Assembly (NCBI GenBank): GCA_013416795.1
Contig: RQSC01000005.1
Coordinates: 6,928-63,622, forward strand
Direction: 5' to 3'
DNA from: Prasinococcaceae sp. CCMP 1430
Lineage: Eukaryota > Plantae > Prasinodermophyta
Length of the DNA: 56,695 nucleotides
Part shown: piece after piece, positions 20,434 through 32,789 of the stretch
How the letters are laid out: each line of letters opens with the position of its first letter
Position numbering within the stretch: position 1 is the first letter of the stretch
Notes under the pieces: model-generated
What the model was told of the DNA's origin: nothing
Database searches by the model: none
What the model saw: only the letters and a program-made list of their open reading frames with translations
Program-made: the position numbers and the translations under genes

Positions 20434-20820
20434 GGCCCGGGTCGAGCGAACGCATGTAAATTGGACACGCAGTGCAAACGCAAACGCCGAGGCCGCGCGC
20501 GCGGTCGGGGGGAGGGGAGGGAGGGAGGAGCGACGCGCGGGAATGAGGGCGGGTGCGAAGGCAGCGGCGGCTCGCGCGCGCGGCGCGCAGGCCGTGTGCG
20601 GCGCGCAGCGTCCGCGCGGCGCGCCGGGGGGGGGACAGAGGCCACGGGTGCCACAAAAAAGAATGTCGCGCCGTGCGTGCGGCCGCCGTCGCCGCGCGCG
20701 CGCATATTACAAATTAGGTAGCGGCTGGTCGAGCGAAGAGACGCCGCAGCAGGCGCGCTGGTCGGCACGCCGCTCCCGATCCCCGCGTGCTGTCCGCGCC
20801 TGTCCCTGGAATTGAGCCCC

Positions 20821-21616
20821 TCAGAAGATCCCCTTCCCGTCGTCGGGCTTGGCCTTCATGGGCGCCGCGCTGCGCCGGTGCTTGAGCGTCCGCGGCTTCT
20901 CGGGCTCAATCTCCACGAGGTGCTGCGCGGCGAACGGGTGCTGGTCGTCGGGGTACACGCGCAGCTTGCGCAGGCGTCCGAGGCGCAGTTTGTTCTTCGG
21001 TAGCATGCGGCCCACCGCCTTCTTCATCAGCTCCTCGGGGCTGGACTCGAGGATCTGCCGCGCGGTGCGGCTCTTCTGGCCGCCCGGGAAGCCCGTGTGC
21101 CTGAGGTACTCCTTGCCGTCGAGCTTGTCCCTCGTGAGCACCACGTGCTTGGCGTTGATGCACACGACCACGTCGCCCTCATCGGTGTGCGGGCTGTACG
21201 TGGGCTTGTCCTTGCCCTGCAGGATGGTCGAAAGCTGCGACGCCAGACGGCCCAGCACCTGGCCCTTGGCGTCCACCAGCCGGAAGTTGAGGCCCTTGGT
21301 CATGACATGCTGCGTGAGAGAGCGGGCGCGCGTGTGTTCGTGTGCGTGTGTGTGTGTGTGTGTGTGTGGTGGTGGGAGGGGGTGGGGGAGGGCAGTGAGG
21401 TGGGGACCGGATGGGACGGGGCCCGCGCATGGGCGCGCGCGCAGCCGCGGTGCGCCCCGCGTGGTGCAGCGGGCTGCAGGTCAGCGGCCTGGCCTTGCCG
21501 CCCTAAAACTGCATGCGCTCTCCCCGCACACACTCATGCGAACCCCCCTCCCCTCCCCCCGGGCGCTGGCGGCGCGCTCCTCCTCGCGCCCTCACCCTGA
21601 CCGACGGTGGCGGCAT
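20821..21616 (-). CDS. RPL13: Organellar (probably mitochondrial) ribosomal protein uL13; exons 21616-21596 and 21309-20821
   Basis: LVDAKGQVLGRLASQLSTILQGKDKPTYSPHTDEGDVVVCINA..HTGFPGG..AVGRMLPKNKL. Micro-exon MPPPSVR is followed by a gtgag donor in phase 0. Confidence 0.93.
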
Positions 21617-22119
21617 GCTCTCTCGCCTGGTGGAGGCCGCCCCTCCCACACACACACACACACACGCACGCGCGCTTCGCCCCTCCCGCGCCCGCTTGCG
21701 CGCGCGCCGCCGCCGCGGCACGCGCGCGCTGTGCTGCTCGCCGCTCGCCACCTGCCTGCTGCGCGCGCGCGCCTTCGGCCGGTCGGTCGGTCGGTCGGGA
21801 GGGAGAAAGGGCAAGCGGGTCTTCGGTTCGTTTCGCGTCGGTTGTCGGTCGCGTTCGTCCCTCGTTCGGCTGATGTTTGGCTGGGCGCGCGCGGCGCGGC
21901 GCGCCGCTCGCGTTGCGCGCGAGCGCGCGAGCGCTCGGGTGCTTCCGCAGGGTCGGAACGGGGCGCGGCCGTGCGCTGGCGGGGCGCGAGCTGACGATCG
22001 GCGTCATCCGCCTCATCCCCGCCCGCGCCTTTGGCATGCGCGCGTCCGCCCCATCACCACCGCCGCCGCCGCCGCCACGCGCGCGCGCCCTCACCTCCTC
22101 GCCCTCCCCGCGCGCGCAG

Positions 22120-25100
22120 GCGTACCAGCAGCAGGATGAGCTGGGCGGCGGGGGCCTGTCGGGCGCGACCGCGGTGCTGCGCGACGCCTTCAAGAAGGAC
22201 GAGGAGGACGAGTACATGGACGACATGAGCCCCTTCTGGGGCATCGAAAAGGGCGCCGTGCTCCAGGAGAGCCGCGTGTTCCACGACCCGCAGCTCGACG
22301 CTCGCCAGTGCGCGCAGGTCATCACCAAGCTGCTCTACCTCATCAACCAAGGCGAGGCGCTCACCAAGACCGAGGCAACCGAGGTCTTCTTCGCGACCAC
22401 CAAGCTCTTCCAGTCGAAGGACGTGTCGCTCAGGCGGATGGTCTACCTCATGATCAAGGAGCTCTCCCCCAGCGCGGACGAGGTGAGAGCGCGCCGCGCC
22501 ACCCCGCGCGTGCTCGCCGTGCAAACCTACGCCAACAGGCGGTCGCGCGGGCCAAAAAAAAAAAAAAAAAAGCCCCCGCGCGCGCGCACGACGCTCGGGG
22601 GAGTGGGAGGAGAAGGGGGGGGGGGATGGACGCGCCGCGTACCGACGCGTCGCGCGCCGGGGTGGTTGGGGGCGATCGACGTGCGGGCGGCGAGTCTGTG
22701 GGGGCAAAGAGGGGCCGCTCCCTCGCGGAGGGGGCGCGCGCGCGCGCGTGCGCTCGCGCGCGCGCGCGCGTTTCGATTTCGTATTTTCGCTCTTCCCCGC
22801 GAGTGGGGGGGGGCGCGCGCAACGCCAGACGCCATCTGACGCGACGGCTCCGTGCCGCGCAGGTGATCATCGTGACGTCGTCCCTGATGAAGGACATGAA
22901 CGGCAAGATCGACCTGTACCGTGCCAACGCCGTGCGCGTGCTGTGCAAGATCCTGGGCCAGGACAGCGGCGGAAGCTCGCTGCTCGTGCAGATCGAGCGC
23001 TACCTCAAGCAGGCCATCGTGGACAAGAACCCCATCGTGGCATCGAGCGCGCTGTGCAGCGGCCTGCACCTGCTCAAGTCCGGCCAGGCCGGCGTGGGCG
23101 ACGTGGTCAAGCGCTGGAGCAACGAGATCCAAGAGGCCGTGCACTCGAAGTCGCCGCTCGTGCAGTTCCACGCGCTCGCGCTGCTGCACCAGATCCGCTC
23201 GAACGACCGCCTGGCCATCTCGAAGCTGGTGAGCTCCCTCACGCGCGGCACGGTGCGCTCGCCGCTCGCGCAGGTGCTGCTCGTGCGCTACACCGCGCAG
23301 GTGATAAGCGAGTCCACGCCGCCCTCCGACGGCTCCGACCGCCCGTTCTTCGACTTCCTCGAGAGCTGCCTGCGCCACAAGGGCGAGATGGTCATCTTCG
23401 AGGCGGCGCGCGCGATCGTCAACATGCGCGACGTCACCTCGCGCGAGCTCGCGCCCGCGGTGACCGTGCTGCAGCTCTTCCTGAGCAGCTCCAAGCCCGT
23501 ACTGCGCTTCGCGGCTGTGCGCACGCTCAACCGCATCGCCATGACGCACCCGCTCGCCGTCACCAACTGCAACATCGACATGGAGTCGCTCATCTCGGAC
23601 CAGAACCGCTCCATCGCCACGCTCGCCATCACCACGCTGCTCAAGACGGGCAACGAGTCGAGCGTCGACAGGCTGCTCAAGCAGATCACCAACTTCATGA
23701 GCGACATCCAAGACGAGTTCAAGATCGTGGTCGTCGAGGCCGTGCGGGAATTGTGTCTGAAGTTCCCGCAAAAGCATCGCGTCCTGATGAACTTCCTGAG
23801 CAGCATCCTCCGCGAAGAGGGCGGCTTCGAGTACAAGAAGGCCATCGTCGACACGATCATCACCCTCATTGGCGAGATTCCCGAGACCAAGGAGGCCGGC
23901 CTCGGCCACCTGTGCGAGTTCATCGAGGACTGCGAGTTCACCTACCTGTCGACGCAGGTGCTGCACATCCTCGGCAACGAGGCGCCCAAGACCTCGGACC
24001 CGGCCCGCTACATCCGCTACATCTACAACCGCGTCATTCTGGAGAACGCCAACGTGCGCGCCTCGGCCGTGTCGGCGCTCGCCAAGTTCGGTGCGCTCGT
24101 CGAGGCCCTGCGCCCGCGCGTGGTGCTGCTGCTGCGCCGCTGCCTGTACGACAGCGACGACGAGGTGCGCGACCGCGCGACGCTCTACCTCAAGGCGCTG
24201 GGCGAGGGCGAGGAGGCCGCCGCAATGGGCGGGCTGCCGGTGCTGCTGGGCGAGCTTGACATCCCGCTGGCCAACTTCGAGGAGTCGCTGCGCGCGTACA
24301 TAGACGCGGGCGCCACCGAGCAGGCCTTCGACACCAACACGGTCGACCGCACGTTGCCCGAGCCCTCGCCCCTCGAGCAGCTCAAGGCCGCCGAGCAGGG
24401 CGCGGGCGTGGGCGGCGTCAGTGGCGGCGCGTCCGTGGCCAAGAGCGGCGCGCAGTACCGCGAACAGCTGTCAGCGGTGCCAGAGCTCGCCGCGCTGGGC
24501 GAGCTGGTGAAGAGCAGCGAGCCGCAGCGGCTGACGGAGGAGGACACCGAGTACGTGGTGAGCGTCATCAAGCACATCTTTCCGGAGCACATCGTGTTCC
24601 AGTTCGATTGCAGCAACACGATCGCCGAGCAGCAGCTGTCGGAGGTGTCGGTGCTCATGGACACGGCCGATGCGGAGGACTTCGAGGAGGAGGCGCAGGT
24701 GGTGCTCAAGTCCATGCCCTACGGCTCATCAGCGCCCACGTACGCGGTCATGGCGCGCGCGGAAGGCGCGCTCGCAATGGGCAAGTTCTATTGCACCTTG
24801 AGGTTTAACGTGAAGGAGGTGGACCCCGCGACGGGCGAAGCGGAGGAGGACGGCTTCGACGATGAGTACCAGCTGGAGGACGTGGAGGTGGCGGCCACCG
24901 ACTACATAGTGCGGCAGCCGCTGTCGAACTTCAAGAGGAGCTGGGACGAGCTCGAGGAGGGGGAGGCCACCGACGACTACGGGCTGGGGCAGCGGGACTC
25001 GCTGCAGAGCGCGGTGGAGAGCGTGGTGAGCACGCTGGGGCTCGCGCCGTGCGAAGGCTCGGACGCCGTGCCGCCCAACGCGCGCTCGCACACGCTTCTG

Positions 25101-25244
25101 CTCGCTGGCACGGTGATGGACCTACAGGTGTGCGCGAGCGTGAAGTTGGGTATGGACGGTGCGCGCAACGTCGCCATGAAGCTTACCGTCAGGGCGGAGG
25201 ACGAGGGGCTTTGTACGCTTGTGCACGAGATCGTCTCGGGCTGA
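22120..25244 (+). CDS. COPG: Coatomer subunit gamma; exons about 22120-22482 and 22863-25244 (start codon not resolved)
   Basis: SPFWGIEKGAVLQESRVFHDPQ, VFFATTKLFQSKD, DE|VIIVTSSLMKDM, NRSIATLAITTLLKTG, EGGFEYK, plus the appendage domain (FKVKEVDP-like FNVKEVDP..DDEYQLEDVE). Confidence 0.97.
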
Positions 25245-25825
25245 GCATGGCTTGCGCTACGCGGGTCGCTTGGCGCCACGGCGGACCGCCGCCCTTAAAA
25301 TAGAGCCCGGCACCGCGGGACATTTGTTCTATACGCCGAGGTCCTCACTGTTGCATCCCAGCGCCGCTCCCGCTTGGACGGTGGGGCGACGCCCTGCCCC
25401 CCGCCCCGCTCCGCCACCTTCCTCTTGCGCCGCCGTCCCATCGAGGCGCCCGCCACGCACCCCATCCAGCCCATCTACGCGCCCGCGGGCGGGCTGGGGG
25501 ACGCGCCTGCCGGCGGCGGCGCGCCGCTACGTGTCGCTGCTCATGTGGTTGTGGGAGTGCCGCCCAGCCCGAGTGCTCGCTTCGCGTCCCAGCTTGTGCC
25601 GCTTGGCGGCGCGCCGCTTCGCCGCGCTCCGCCCGTGGCGGCGGGGTGCCCGCTGCCCGTGGCCGGCCCGGCCCTCTGGCAGCGGCAGGGGCGGACGCGC
25701 CGCGGGGGGGCGGGAGGTGGCGGGGACGGACTCCCCCCCCCGGCCGGGTGGCGGGGCGCGATCGGGAGGCAAAGGGGTCACAGTGGGCGGCACGTGCGCG
25801 CACGTGGCAGCAACGCGCGAACGCG

Positions 25826-27292
25826 ATGGCGGAGCCGCCGCCGCCGCCGACGACGACCGCGTGTGCGCTCAGCGAGGACCTCGCGAGGCTGCAGGAGCGC
25901 GTGCGCGGCATCAGGGCGCGCGCGGCGCAGGCGCTCGCGGGTGCCGCCGGCGAGGGATCGACGGAGGTTCCCTCGCCCATGCCCGCCGCGCCCGCTCCCG
26001 CAGCACCGGCGCCCGCTGCCCCCGCGCCCGCGCCGGCCGCGCCCCAGCGCGAGAAGATCACCGAGATGAGCTCCGAGGTGATCGACAGCAACCCGTACAG
26101 CAGGCTGATGGCGCTCAAGCGGATGGGCATCGTTGAAAACTACGAGGCCATCCGAGACAAATCCGTGGCCGTGGTTGGCGTGGGTGGCGTCGGATCCGTG
26201 GCGGCCGAGATGCTCACGCGCTGCGGCGTAGGCAGGCTGCTGCTGTACGACTACGACACGGTCGAGCTCGCCAACATGAACCGTCTCTTCTTCCGCCCTG
26301 AGCAGGCGGGCATGGCCAAGACGGCGGCCGCCGCGCAGACGCTGACCGGCATCAACCCCGACGTGGCGATCGAGAGCTACGCAGCCAACATCACGACCGT
26401 CGACGGCTTCCGCGACTTCGTGGCCAGCCTCGAGGGTGAGGGCGCCACCACCGACGCCGGCTGGCGCGGCCGGCGAGTGGACCTCGTGCTGAGCTGCGTG
26501 GACAACTACGAGGCGCGCATGGTGGTCAACCAGGCGTGCTTGGAAATGGGCCAGACGTGGATGGAGAGCGGCGTCAGCGAAGACGCCGTGAGCGGCCACA
26601 TACAGCTGCTCGTACCGGGCGCCACCGCGTGCTTCGAGTGCGTGCCGCCGCTCGTCGTCGCGAGCGGCATCGACGAGCGCACGCTCAAGCGCGAGGGCGT
26701 GTGCGCGGCGAGCCTGCCGACCACCATGGGCATGGTGGCGGGCATGCTAGTCCAGAACGCGCTCAAGTACCTGCTGGGCTTCGGCAAGGTGAGCGCCTAC
26801 CTGGGCTACTCGGCGATGACGGACTTCTTCCCCACTATGGAGGTGAAGGCCAATCCCGAGTGCACCAACGCGCGCTGCGTCGCCGCGCAGGGCTCGTACG
26901 CCAAGCTGGTGTTGGAGCGCGCGGCGATGGGGCTTGGCCCGGACGGCGAGAAGCTGGCGGCCGAGCAGGACGCGCAGCCCGTGGTGCACGAGGACAACGA
27001 GTGGGGGATCGGCGTGATCGATGAGAGCGACGTGCCCGCGGGCGCCGGCGGCGACGCGCAGCAGCAGGAGGAGGAGCAACAGCCGGCGCCGCAGCAGCAG
27101 TCGGCGCAGGCGCATCAGACCATGGGCGAGGGCATCGAATGGAACGCGGGCTACGACCGCGCGAGCGGCGCGAGCGGGCTGGCCGCGGAGACGCTCGCCG
27201 AGCTTTCGGTTGGCGAGACTGCCGGCGACTCGCTGGAGGATCTCATGGGGCAGCTGTCGAGCCTGCAGGCTGACGATCCCAAGAAGGACTGA
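25826..27292 (+). CDS. UBA5: UFM1-activating enzyme UBA5
   Basis: [38 protein letters not shown], catalytic [16 protein letters not shown] (LIR/UFIM-like) and C-terminal LEDLMGQL. Confidence 0.97.
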   Translation: MAEPPPPPTTTACALSEDLARLQERVRGIRARAAQALAGAAGEGSTEVPSPMPAAPAPAAPAPAAPAPAPAAPQREKITEMSSEVIDSNPYSRLMALKRMGIVENYEAIRDKSVAVVGVGGVGSVAAEMLTRCGVGRLLLYDYDTVELANMNRLFFRPEQAGMAKTAAAAQTLTGINPDVAIESYAANITTVDGFRDFVASLEGEGATTDAGWRGRRVDLVLSCVDNYEARMVVNQACLEMGQTWMESGVSEDAVSGHIQLLVPGATACFECVPPLVVASGIDERTLKREGVCAASLPTTMGMVAGMLVQNALKYLLGFGKVSAYLGYSAMTDFFPTMEVKANPECTNARCVAAQGSYAKLVLERAAMGLGPDGEKLAAEQDAQPVVHEDNEWGIGVIDESDVPAGAGGDAQQQEEEQQPAPQQQSAQAHQTMGEGIEWNAGYDRASGASGLAAETLAELSVGETAGDSLEDLMGQLSSLQADDPKKD

Positions 27293-27596
27293 AGCGGCGC
27301 GGACTCGGCTGGTGACGGCGGCGCCGCCGGCTCTCTCTCGCGCGCCGGCGCTGGCGCGCGCGCGCGCGCCCGCGCGCCGGCGTAAGCGTCGTGCACGGCA
27401 GGTCACCACCAGTGGCGCGCGAGCGCGCCCCTGGACCCCCCACACACACGCACGCCCGTCCCCGTCCCAGCTGTCGCGCCGCCCTCCACCCCCCCCCCGG
27501 GGCCCGACGCACCAGCGCGGAATCTCCGCTGCGACGTTCAATCGAATCGCCTTCCGCCGGGCCAACACGAAAACACTGCACAACTCCAAATGCGGA

Positions 27597-27626
27597 TTAG
27601 GGCTAGGGTCAGGGTTTAGGGTTTAG
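27597..27626. repeat. Degenerate interstitial telomere-like repeat
   Basis: ttaggg ctaggg tcaggg tttaggg tttag. Confidence 0.75.
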
Positions 27627-28510
27627 CTCAGATTGGAAGCGTAACACCTGTGGGGAGCGCGCGTCCGCCGCTGCGCGCTCCCCTGTCTGCGCCCCCTTCG
27701 CGCTCCGATTCGGGTTAGGATTCAGGCGCCCATCGGAACGCGCGGCGGCGCGGCCGCGCGCGCACGGGGGAGAGAGCGAGGGTCGCGAGGAGCGGGCTGC
27801 GCGGGCACCCAGCAAACGATAGGGGGAAGGGGAAGCGTGGCGAGGCGCGGCGGCGTCTGCGCGCGCTCACGCGCAGGCCGGCCGGTACCGCGCCAGCCGG
27901 CTGACAGCCTTTGCGCGGGGTCCGCAAGGAGCGCGCCGCGCCGAGCCGCCGGCCGCGGGCGGGCGGGGTGGGGTGGGGTGGGGTGGGGGGTGCGGGGGAG
28001 GACTCCGAGGGGACGGAGCTTGGTCCCACTGGCGGGTGACGCGGCGTCGCAGGAGGCGGAAGGTGTGTGTGAGCGCTTTGGGGCGGGAGGGCGAGCGCCG
28101 GCCCGGCGGCGCTGCGCCCGCCCCGCTTTTTTTCGTTTTCGTTTTGTTTGCGCCTCGGGACGGCCCGCGTGCGCCAGGCTGGCACGCACGACAGGGAGCG
28201 CGCAGCGCGAGCGAGCGCAGCGCCTCGCGTGAGAGTGGGACGCACCCTAGGCTGCGCTCAGCGAGGCTGACATCAGCGGCGCGCGCAGCAACGTGCCGGG
28301 TGAGGGCGGTCAGGTGGGCGCGCGCGCGCGTGCGCCCGCGGGTCGCGTCTACGAACAGCCCCCTGGCCCGCTCGAGTGCCGAAGTATTTGACGTGTCCAC
28401 AGAGGCCGAGGCACTTTGTGAAGGAGGTGAGGCGGAGGACATCCATCAGAGTGGCGAAAGACGCATTCGTCGCCGTCCCGTCGCGCTGCGCCGCGGACCG
28501 CGTCGACAGT

Positions 28511-31500
28511 ATGCCAACGCGGAGTGATGCCGCGCCACCGCCTCCGCCGCAGTCGGTAGCGCGCCCCAGTGGCGAAGACGGCAGCAGCAATCCCAACCAG
28601 CTCTCCCAGGGAAACAGTGACCGCCCTAGTGGTGCCGTCGGTAGCCAAAAGGGAGCCGAGCTGGCAGATGGACGGTGGGCTGTAGCTGGCGTCACCGGGC
28701 GTCCTGCTGCTCCCGCCCCCGTGCTCAGCGCTGCCGAGTGCCAGGCGCTCACTGCCATGCGCAAGGGCGCCACGCTGTACAAGTACGGCTCACACGGTCG
28801 GCCGCACTTCCGGCTGTTCACGCTGAGTGCGGACGGACGCGCGCTGCGATGGTACAGCGGCACGCGCAAGCGCGAGCGCAGCGTGGCGCTCGCGCAGGTG
28901 GAGGAGATTCGGACGGGGCAACAGACGCCCAAGTTCCAGAGGCACCCGCAGGCCAACACCGAGCACTTGAGCTTTTCGCTCGTCTACAGGAGCGGCGACC
29001 CCCCCCGCGATGGCCGCCCGTCCTCCGCTCGCGCGGCAGAGTACTCAACTCTCGATCTGGTGTGCAAGAGCGAAGACGAGCTTCGCACGTGGCTGCTCGG
29101 GCTGCACGCGCTGCTGCCGGGCGTGCTCATGCGTGACATGACACGGGGCGGCGCTGGCGCTACAGCGCTGCCGCGGGCCATGCGGGCGAGCATGGCGGCG
29201 GCGAGGAGGGGGGCGGTGGGCGCGAACGGGGGTGAGAATGTGGCTGCACTCAACCTCACCGCTGCCGCAGCAGTCTCGACCGCAGCAGGCACGGGATTGG
29301 TGGTAGGGAGGCTTGACATGCGCGCTGCGGCGGAGATGGCGCGTGCCTCGAGGCAGCGGCAACAGCAAAGCAGTAGTGGCAACGGAGGCACGGACAGTGC
29401 CCAGGGCTGGAACAGCGCCAGGCCACTGTTGGCGTCCGCACGTGACGTGGCGACGCCCGGCCGTGCGTCGGCAGCGCCCACGAGCGGCCGGCCGGAAGGA
29501 GCGGGCGCGGGATCTCCGCGCTCGACGGCCATGTTGTGCACCACCGCGGGCACGGTGCCGTTTGGCATGGGCATCTCGGCGCTGGCCGCGCGCGTCATGT
29601 CTGGAGGGAGCGGCGCAGGCACGCTGTACGTGTGGGGGGAAGGCATGGGAGTGGGATCGCTGACCCAGGTTGGCGTCGGTGCCGCCGAAGCTACGGGCGA
29701 CGGGGACACTGGACTCTCGTGCGCGGCCTCGGCGGACACAAACGCGGAAGATGCGCTTTCGCCTGCGCTCGTGTTGGGCGCATTCGACCTTGACGTGTAC
29801 GCTATTTCGTGCGGCAACAAGCACATGGCCGCTCTGTCGAACAACGGAGCAGTGTACACGTGGGGCGCAGCTGGTCAGGGTGCGCTGGGCCACGGCCCCG
29901 AGGACGACCAACCCAAACCGAGGCAGCTGGCGTGGCTCGAGGGCGAGGCAGTGCCCACCGACGTGGCGTGCGGGGACTCGCACACCCTGCTGGCAACATC
30001 CAGCGGTGAGCTCTACGCATGGGGGGCGGGCGGCGACAGCGCTCTCCTCGGCCTCGGCTCCATATACGGGGGCGGATACGCCAATCAGTGGGTGCCGACG
30101 CGCGTGCTGTCCCTCGCGCCAGGCAGGCGCGTACGCACGGTCACCTGCGGCCCTTACCACTCGGCGCTGCTCACGCGTGACAACGTGCTCTACACGTGGG
30201 GGGAAGGGCTCTTTGGCGCCTTGGGGCACGGTGATCAGGCGTCGGTCGGGGAACCCAGGGAGGTGGACGCGTTCAGCGGCAAGCCTGTTGTGGCGGTCGC
30301 GTGCGGGGTGTGGCACACGGCGGCCGTCGCGGCGGTGGAGGTCGTGGATCGCGCCGGACCTGATCGTGATCACCAGACTGTTGGCGGTGCCAAGACGTCA
30401 GAGAGTGACGCTGCTGATGCTTCCGAAGGAGCGAGCAAGGCGACGAGCGACGAAGGCGCCACCGCCACAAACGATCCAAAAGACTCTGCCCCAGTTCCTC
30501 CAGGACGGGGGGATGACCCCGGGGCGTCTGCAGCTGCTGTCGAACGAGGCGTCAGATCGGTGGCGACCGCTGACGCCAGGACGTCGGTGGCAGCTCGCGC
30601 GGTTAGCGCCGACGCGGGACGTAGCAGCACCAGCGTAGGTGCACGCGCCGTCGTCGGCGCGCTCTTCACCTGGGGCGACCCCGATAAGGGGCGGCTTGGC
30701 CACGGCGACAAGGAGACAGCCCTACTCCCACGGCAGGTGCGCTCAGTGGCGCGCGTCTCTGTCGCGGGCGTGGCGTGTGGCACGTGGCACACGGTGGCCC
30801 TCGGAGCCAACGGCAGGCTTTACACGTGCGGGCGAGAGGCCCACGGGCTCTTGGGCAGCGGCTCGCAGGCGAAGGCCAACGGCGCAGTCATGGGCGAGGT
30901 TACTACGCTGTCATCGGCAGGTGTGGTGATCGTGCAGGTTTCGTGCGGAGACTACCATACGGCCGCGCTGAGCTCCAAAGGCGAGGTGTACACCTGGGGT
31001 CTGGGCTCGCACGGCCGCCTTGGGCATGGCGGCGAGCGCTCCGAGAACACGCCCAGGGTGGTGGAGCGCCTACGTGGCATGCACGTGCGGCAAGTCAGCT
31101 GCGGCTCCAGCTACTCGGCGGCTATCTGTGCAGACGACGGCAGCGGTGCCCTGCAGCGCTCTGCCGCGTCCAATTGGGAACTGCTCGAGCTGCTGCCCAA
31201 AGACGCTGACAAGCGCGTCGAGGTCGCGCGTGGCCAGCGGATACACGTCGGTCCAATGGCGGCCAAGGGAGCCAGACAGGCGCAGCCTGCTGGCGGCGGC
31301 ATAACCAAGGCGCTCAAGCGCTCAACCAGCTCTATCCTGTCGAGCAGCGGTCGCGGAGGCACGCGCTCATCCCACTCTGCAGGCAGCGCGGGAGCTGGCC
31401 AGCCGCGCCCCGACAGCTCCTCCTTGTCGTCGAGTGACGCAGGCAACAGCCCGTCCAACCTTTTCAGCCTGGGACGAGCCTCGGGCGAGGCCACATCCGC

Positions 31501-32005
31501 AGACCGAGGCGACCAAGGCGCCGAGGATCGCAGCAGCAGCGTCATGATGCTTCAGAGCATGCTCGAGAAAACGAAGACGCGCGTCGTCGAGCGCGAGGCC
31601 GAAATAGAGGACCTGAAGAGCGCGCTGGCAGACGCGCGTGAAAGCATGGCCGACACAGGTCGCGAGCTGGCGGAGGCCAAGGCGGAGGCGGCGAGGTATC
31701 GCGCACAAGCTGCGGCGCGCTCAAGGGCGCGTGCGCGCCCCGCACGAGGGGGCCTGGCAAGAGACAAGGCGCGCGCGCTCGGCCATGTGTCCTCTTCAAC
31801 ACGCCAACTTGAAGGCGACAGCGGAAGCGGCGGCGGCGATGGCGCGCGCGGGGAGGCAGACAAAGATGCTTCTGTCGCCGCGGGTTCACCGCCGGGGCCA
31901 TCAGCCCCAGAACATCCACAAACACGCCCCGAGCAGCCTCTCGTCGCAGTGCGGCTGCCGCCGCCGCCTGACGTTTTGGGCGACCCAGGCACTTCACTGA
32001 AGTGA
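28511..32005 (+). CDS. PH + RCC1-repeat + coiled-coil protein (PRAF/RLD-like)
   Basis: PH block (MRKGATLYKYGSHGRPHFRLFTLS..SFSLVY..LDLVCKSEDELRTWLLGL), about 7 RCC1 repeats (VACGDSHT, CGPYHSA, YTWGLGSHGRLGHG) and a coiled coil near 31545-31720. Confidence 0.85.
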   Translation: MPTRSDAAPPPPPQSVARPSGEDGSSNPNQLSQGNSDRPSGAVGSQKGAELADGRWAVAGVTGRPAAPAPVLSAAECQALTAMRKGATLYKYGSHGRPHFRLFTLSADGRALRWYSGTRKRERSVALAQVEEIRTGQQTPKFQRHPQANTEHLSFSLVYRSGDPPRDGRPSSARAAEYSTLDLVCKSEDELRTWLLGLHALLPGVLMRDMTRGGAGATALPRAMRASMAAARRGAVGANGGENVAALNLTAAAAVSTAAGTGLVVGRLDMRAAAEMARASRQRQQQSSSGNGGTDSAQGWNSARPLLASARDVATPGRASAAPTSGRPEGAGAGSPRSTAMLCTTAGTVPFGMGISALAARVMSGGSGAGTLYVWGEGMGVGSLTQVGVGAAEATGDGDTGLSCAASADTNAEDALSPALVLGAFDLDVYAISCGNKHMAALSNNGAVYTWGAAGQGALGHGPEDDQPKPRQLAWLEGEAVPTDVACGDSHTLLATSSGELYAWGAGGDSALLGLGSIYGGGYANQWVPTRVLSLAPGRRVRTVTCGPYHSALLTRDNVLYTWGEGLFGALGHGDQASVGEPREVDAFSGKPVVAVACGVWHTAAVAAVEVVDRAGPDRDHQTVGGAKTSESDAADASEGASKATSDEGATATNDPKDSAPVPPGRGDDPGASAAAVERGVRSVATADARTSVAARAVSADAGRSSTSVGARAVVGALFTWGDPDKGRLGHGDKETALLPRQVRSVARVSVAGVACGTWHTVALGANGRLYTCGREAHGLLGSGSQAKANGAVMGEVTTLSSAGVVIVQVSCGDYHTAALSSKGEVYTWGLGSHGRLGHGGERSENTPRVVERLRGMHVRQVSCGSSYSAAICADDGSGALQRSAASNWELLELLPKDADKRVEVARGQRIHVGPMAAKGARQAQPAGGGITKALKRSTSSILSSSGRGGTRSSHSAGSAGAGQPRPDSSSLSSSDAGNSPSNLFSLGRASGEATSADRGDQGAEDRSSSVMMLQSMLEKTKTRVVEREAEIEDLKSALADARESMADTGRELAEAKAEAARYRAQAAARSRARARPARGGLARDKARALGHVSSSTRQLEGDSGSGGGDGARGEADKDASVAAGSPPGPSAPEHPQTRPEQPLVAVRLPPPPDVLGDPGTSLK

Positions 32006-32789
32006 GCGGCCCTCACTCGCTGGTGCGAGGATCGTCAGAGCGCGGCACAGACGAGTCGGGGCCAGCTGCGAGCGAGCATAGCTAGGCGGCTGCGAGATGC
32101 GTCCTAAGAAAACACGGTGTTCGTGCTGGCTGGACGTGCGAGCATGACCGCGCGAGGAGTCTCAGGCTGGTCCTAACACGCCGCCTGCCATGCCTTGGCC
32201 TGCGCCCAGCTTGCCCTACCCAAAGGAGGCACGTAGAGCGACAACCAACAGCGCGCGCGAGCGAGCGCCAGTGGCGCACTGTCGCGCGCGCGTCGTGATC
32301 GGCATGGGATTGATTGAGGCAGAAGTGCCTCAATTTGGGCCTCAAATGGGATTTGATGGCCGAATAAAAAAAAGCAGCCGAGCACGAGCACACTCCCGGC
32401 GCGCGGTTTGACCGCCACCGCGCACACGCACCCCCGCGCAGCAGCGGGGCGCCCCGAAGCGAAACGGAAATGCCAGCGCACCGCGCCCTTTCGAGAGCGG
32501 CTGTTGCCATGGCGGCGACAAGGCAGGTCGCATTTTTTTCTCGGCGGCTGTCAAACTCGATGCCAACGCATCGCATTCTCTGACACGACGAAATCAAAAA
32601 AGCGTCGGCGTTTTGGCGGCGGCGGCGGCAGGGCGGCGCGCGCGCCCGCGCGGGTTGCGCCGCTCGCACCGCCTTGCCACAGCGCGCGCGGGCCGTGCGC
32701 ACCGACGCGCGCGGTGCCGCGCGACGTGCTAATCGAGACGGCGGCGGGACTGGCGAAGCTGGTGTCGCGCGGCCCGCGCCGCGCCAGGG

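Noticed and set aside
27867-28442. Minus-strand ORF MSSASPPSQSASASVDTSN..
   Set aside because: It degrades into low-complexity R/A/P sequence, overlaps the 5' region of the PH-RCC1 gene, and has no motif support.
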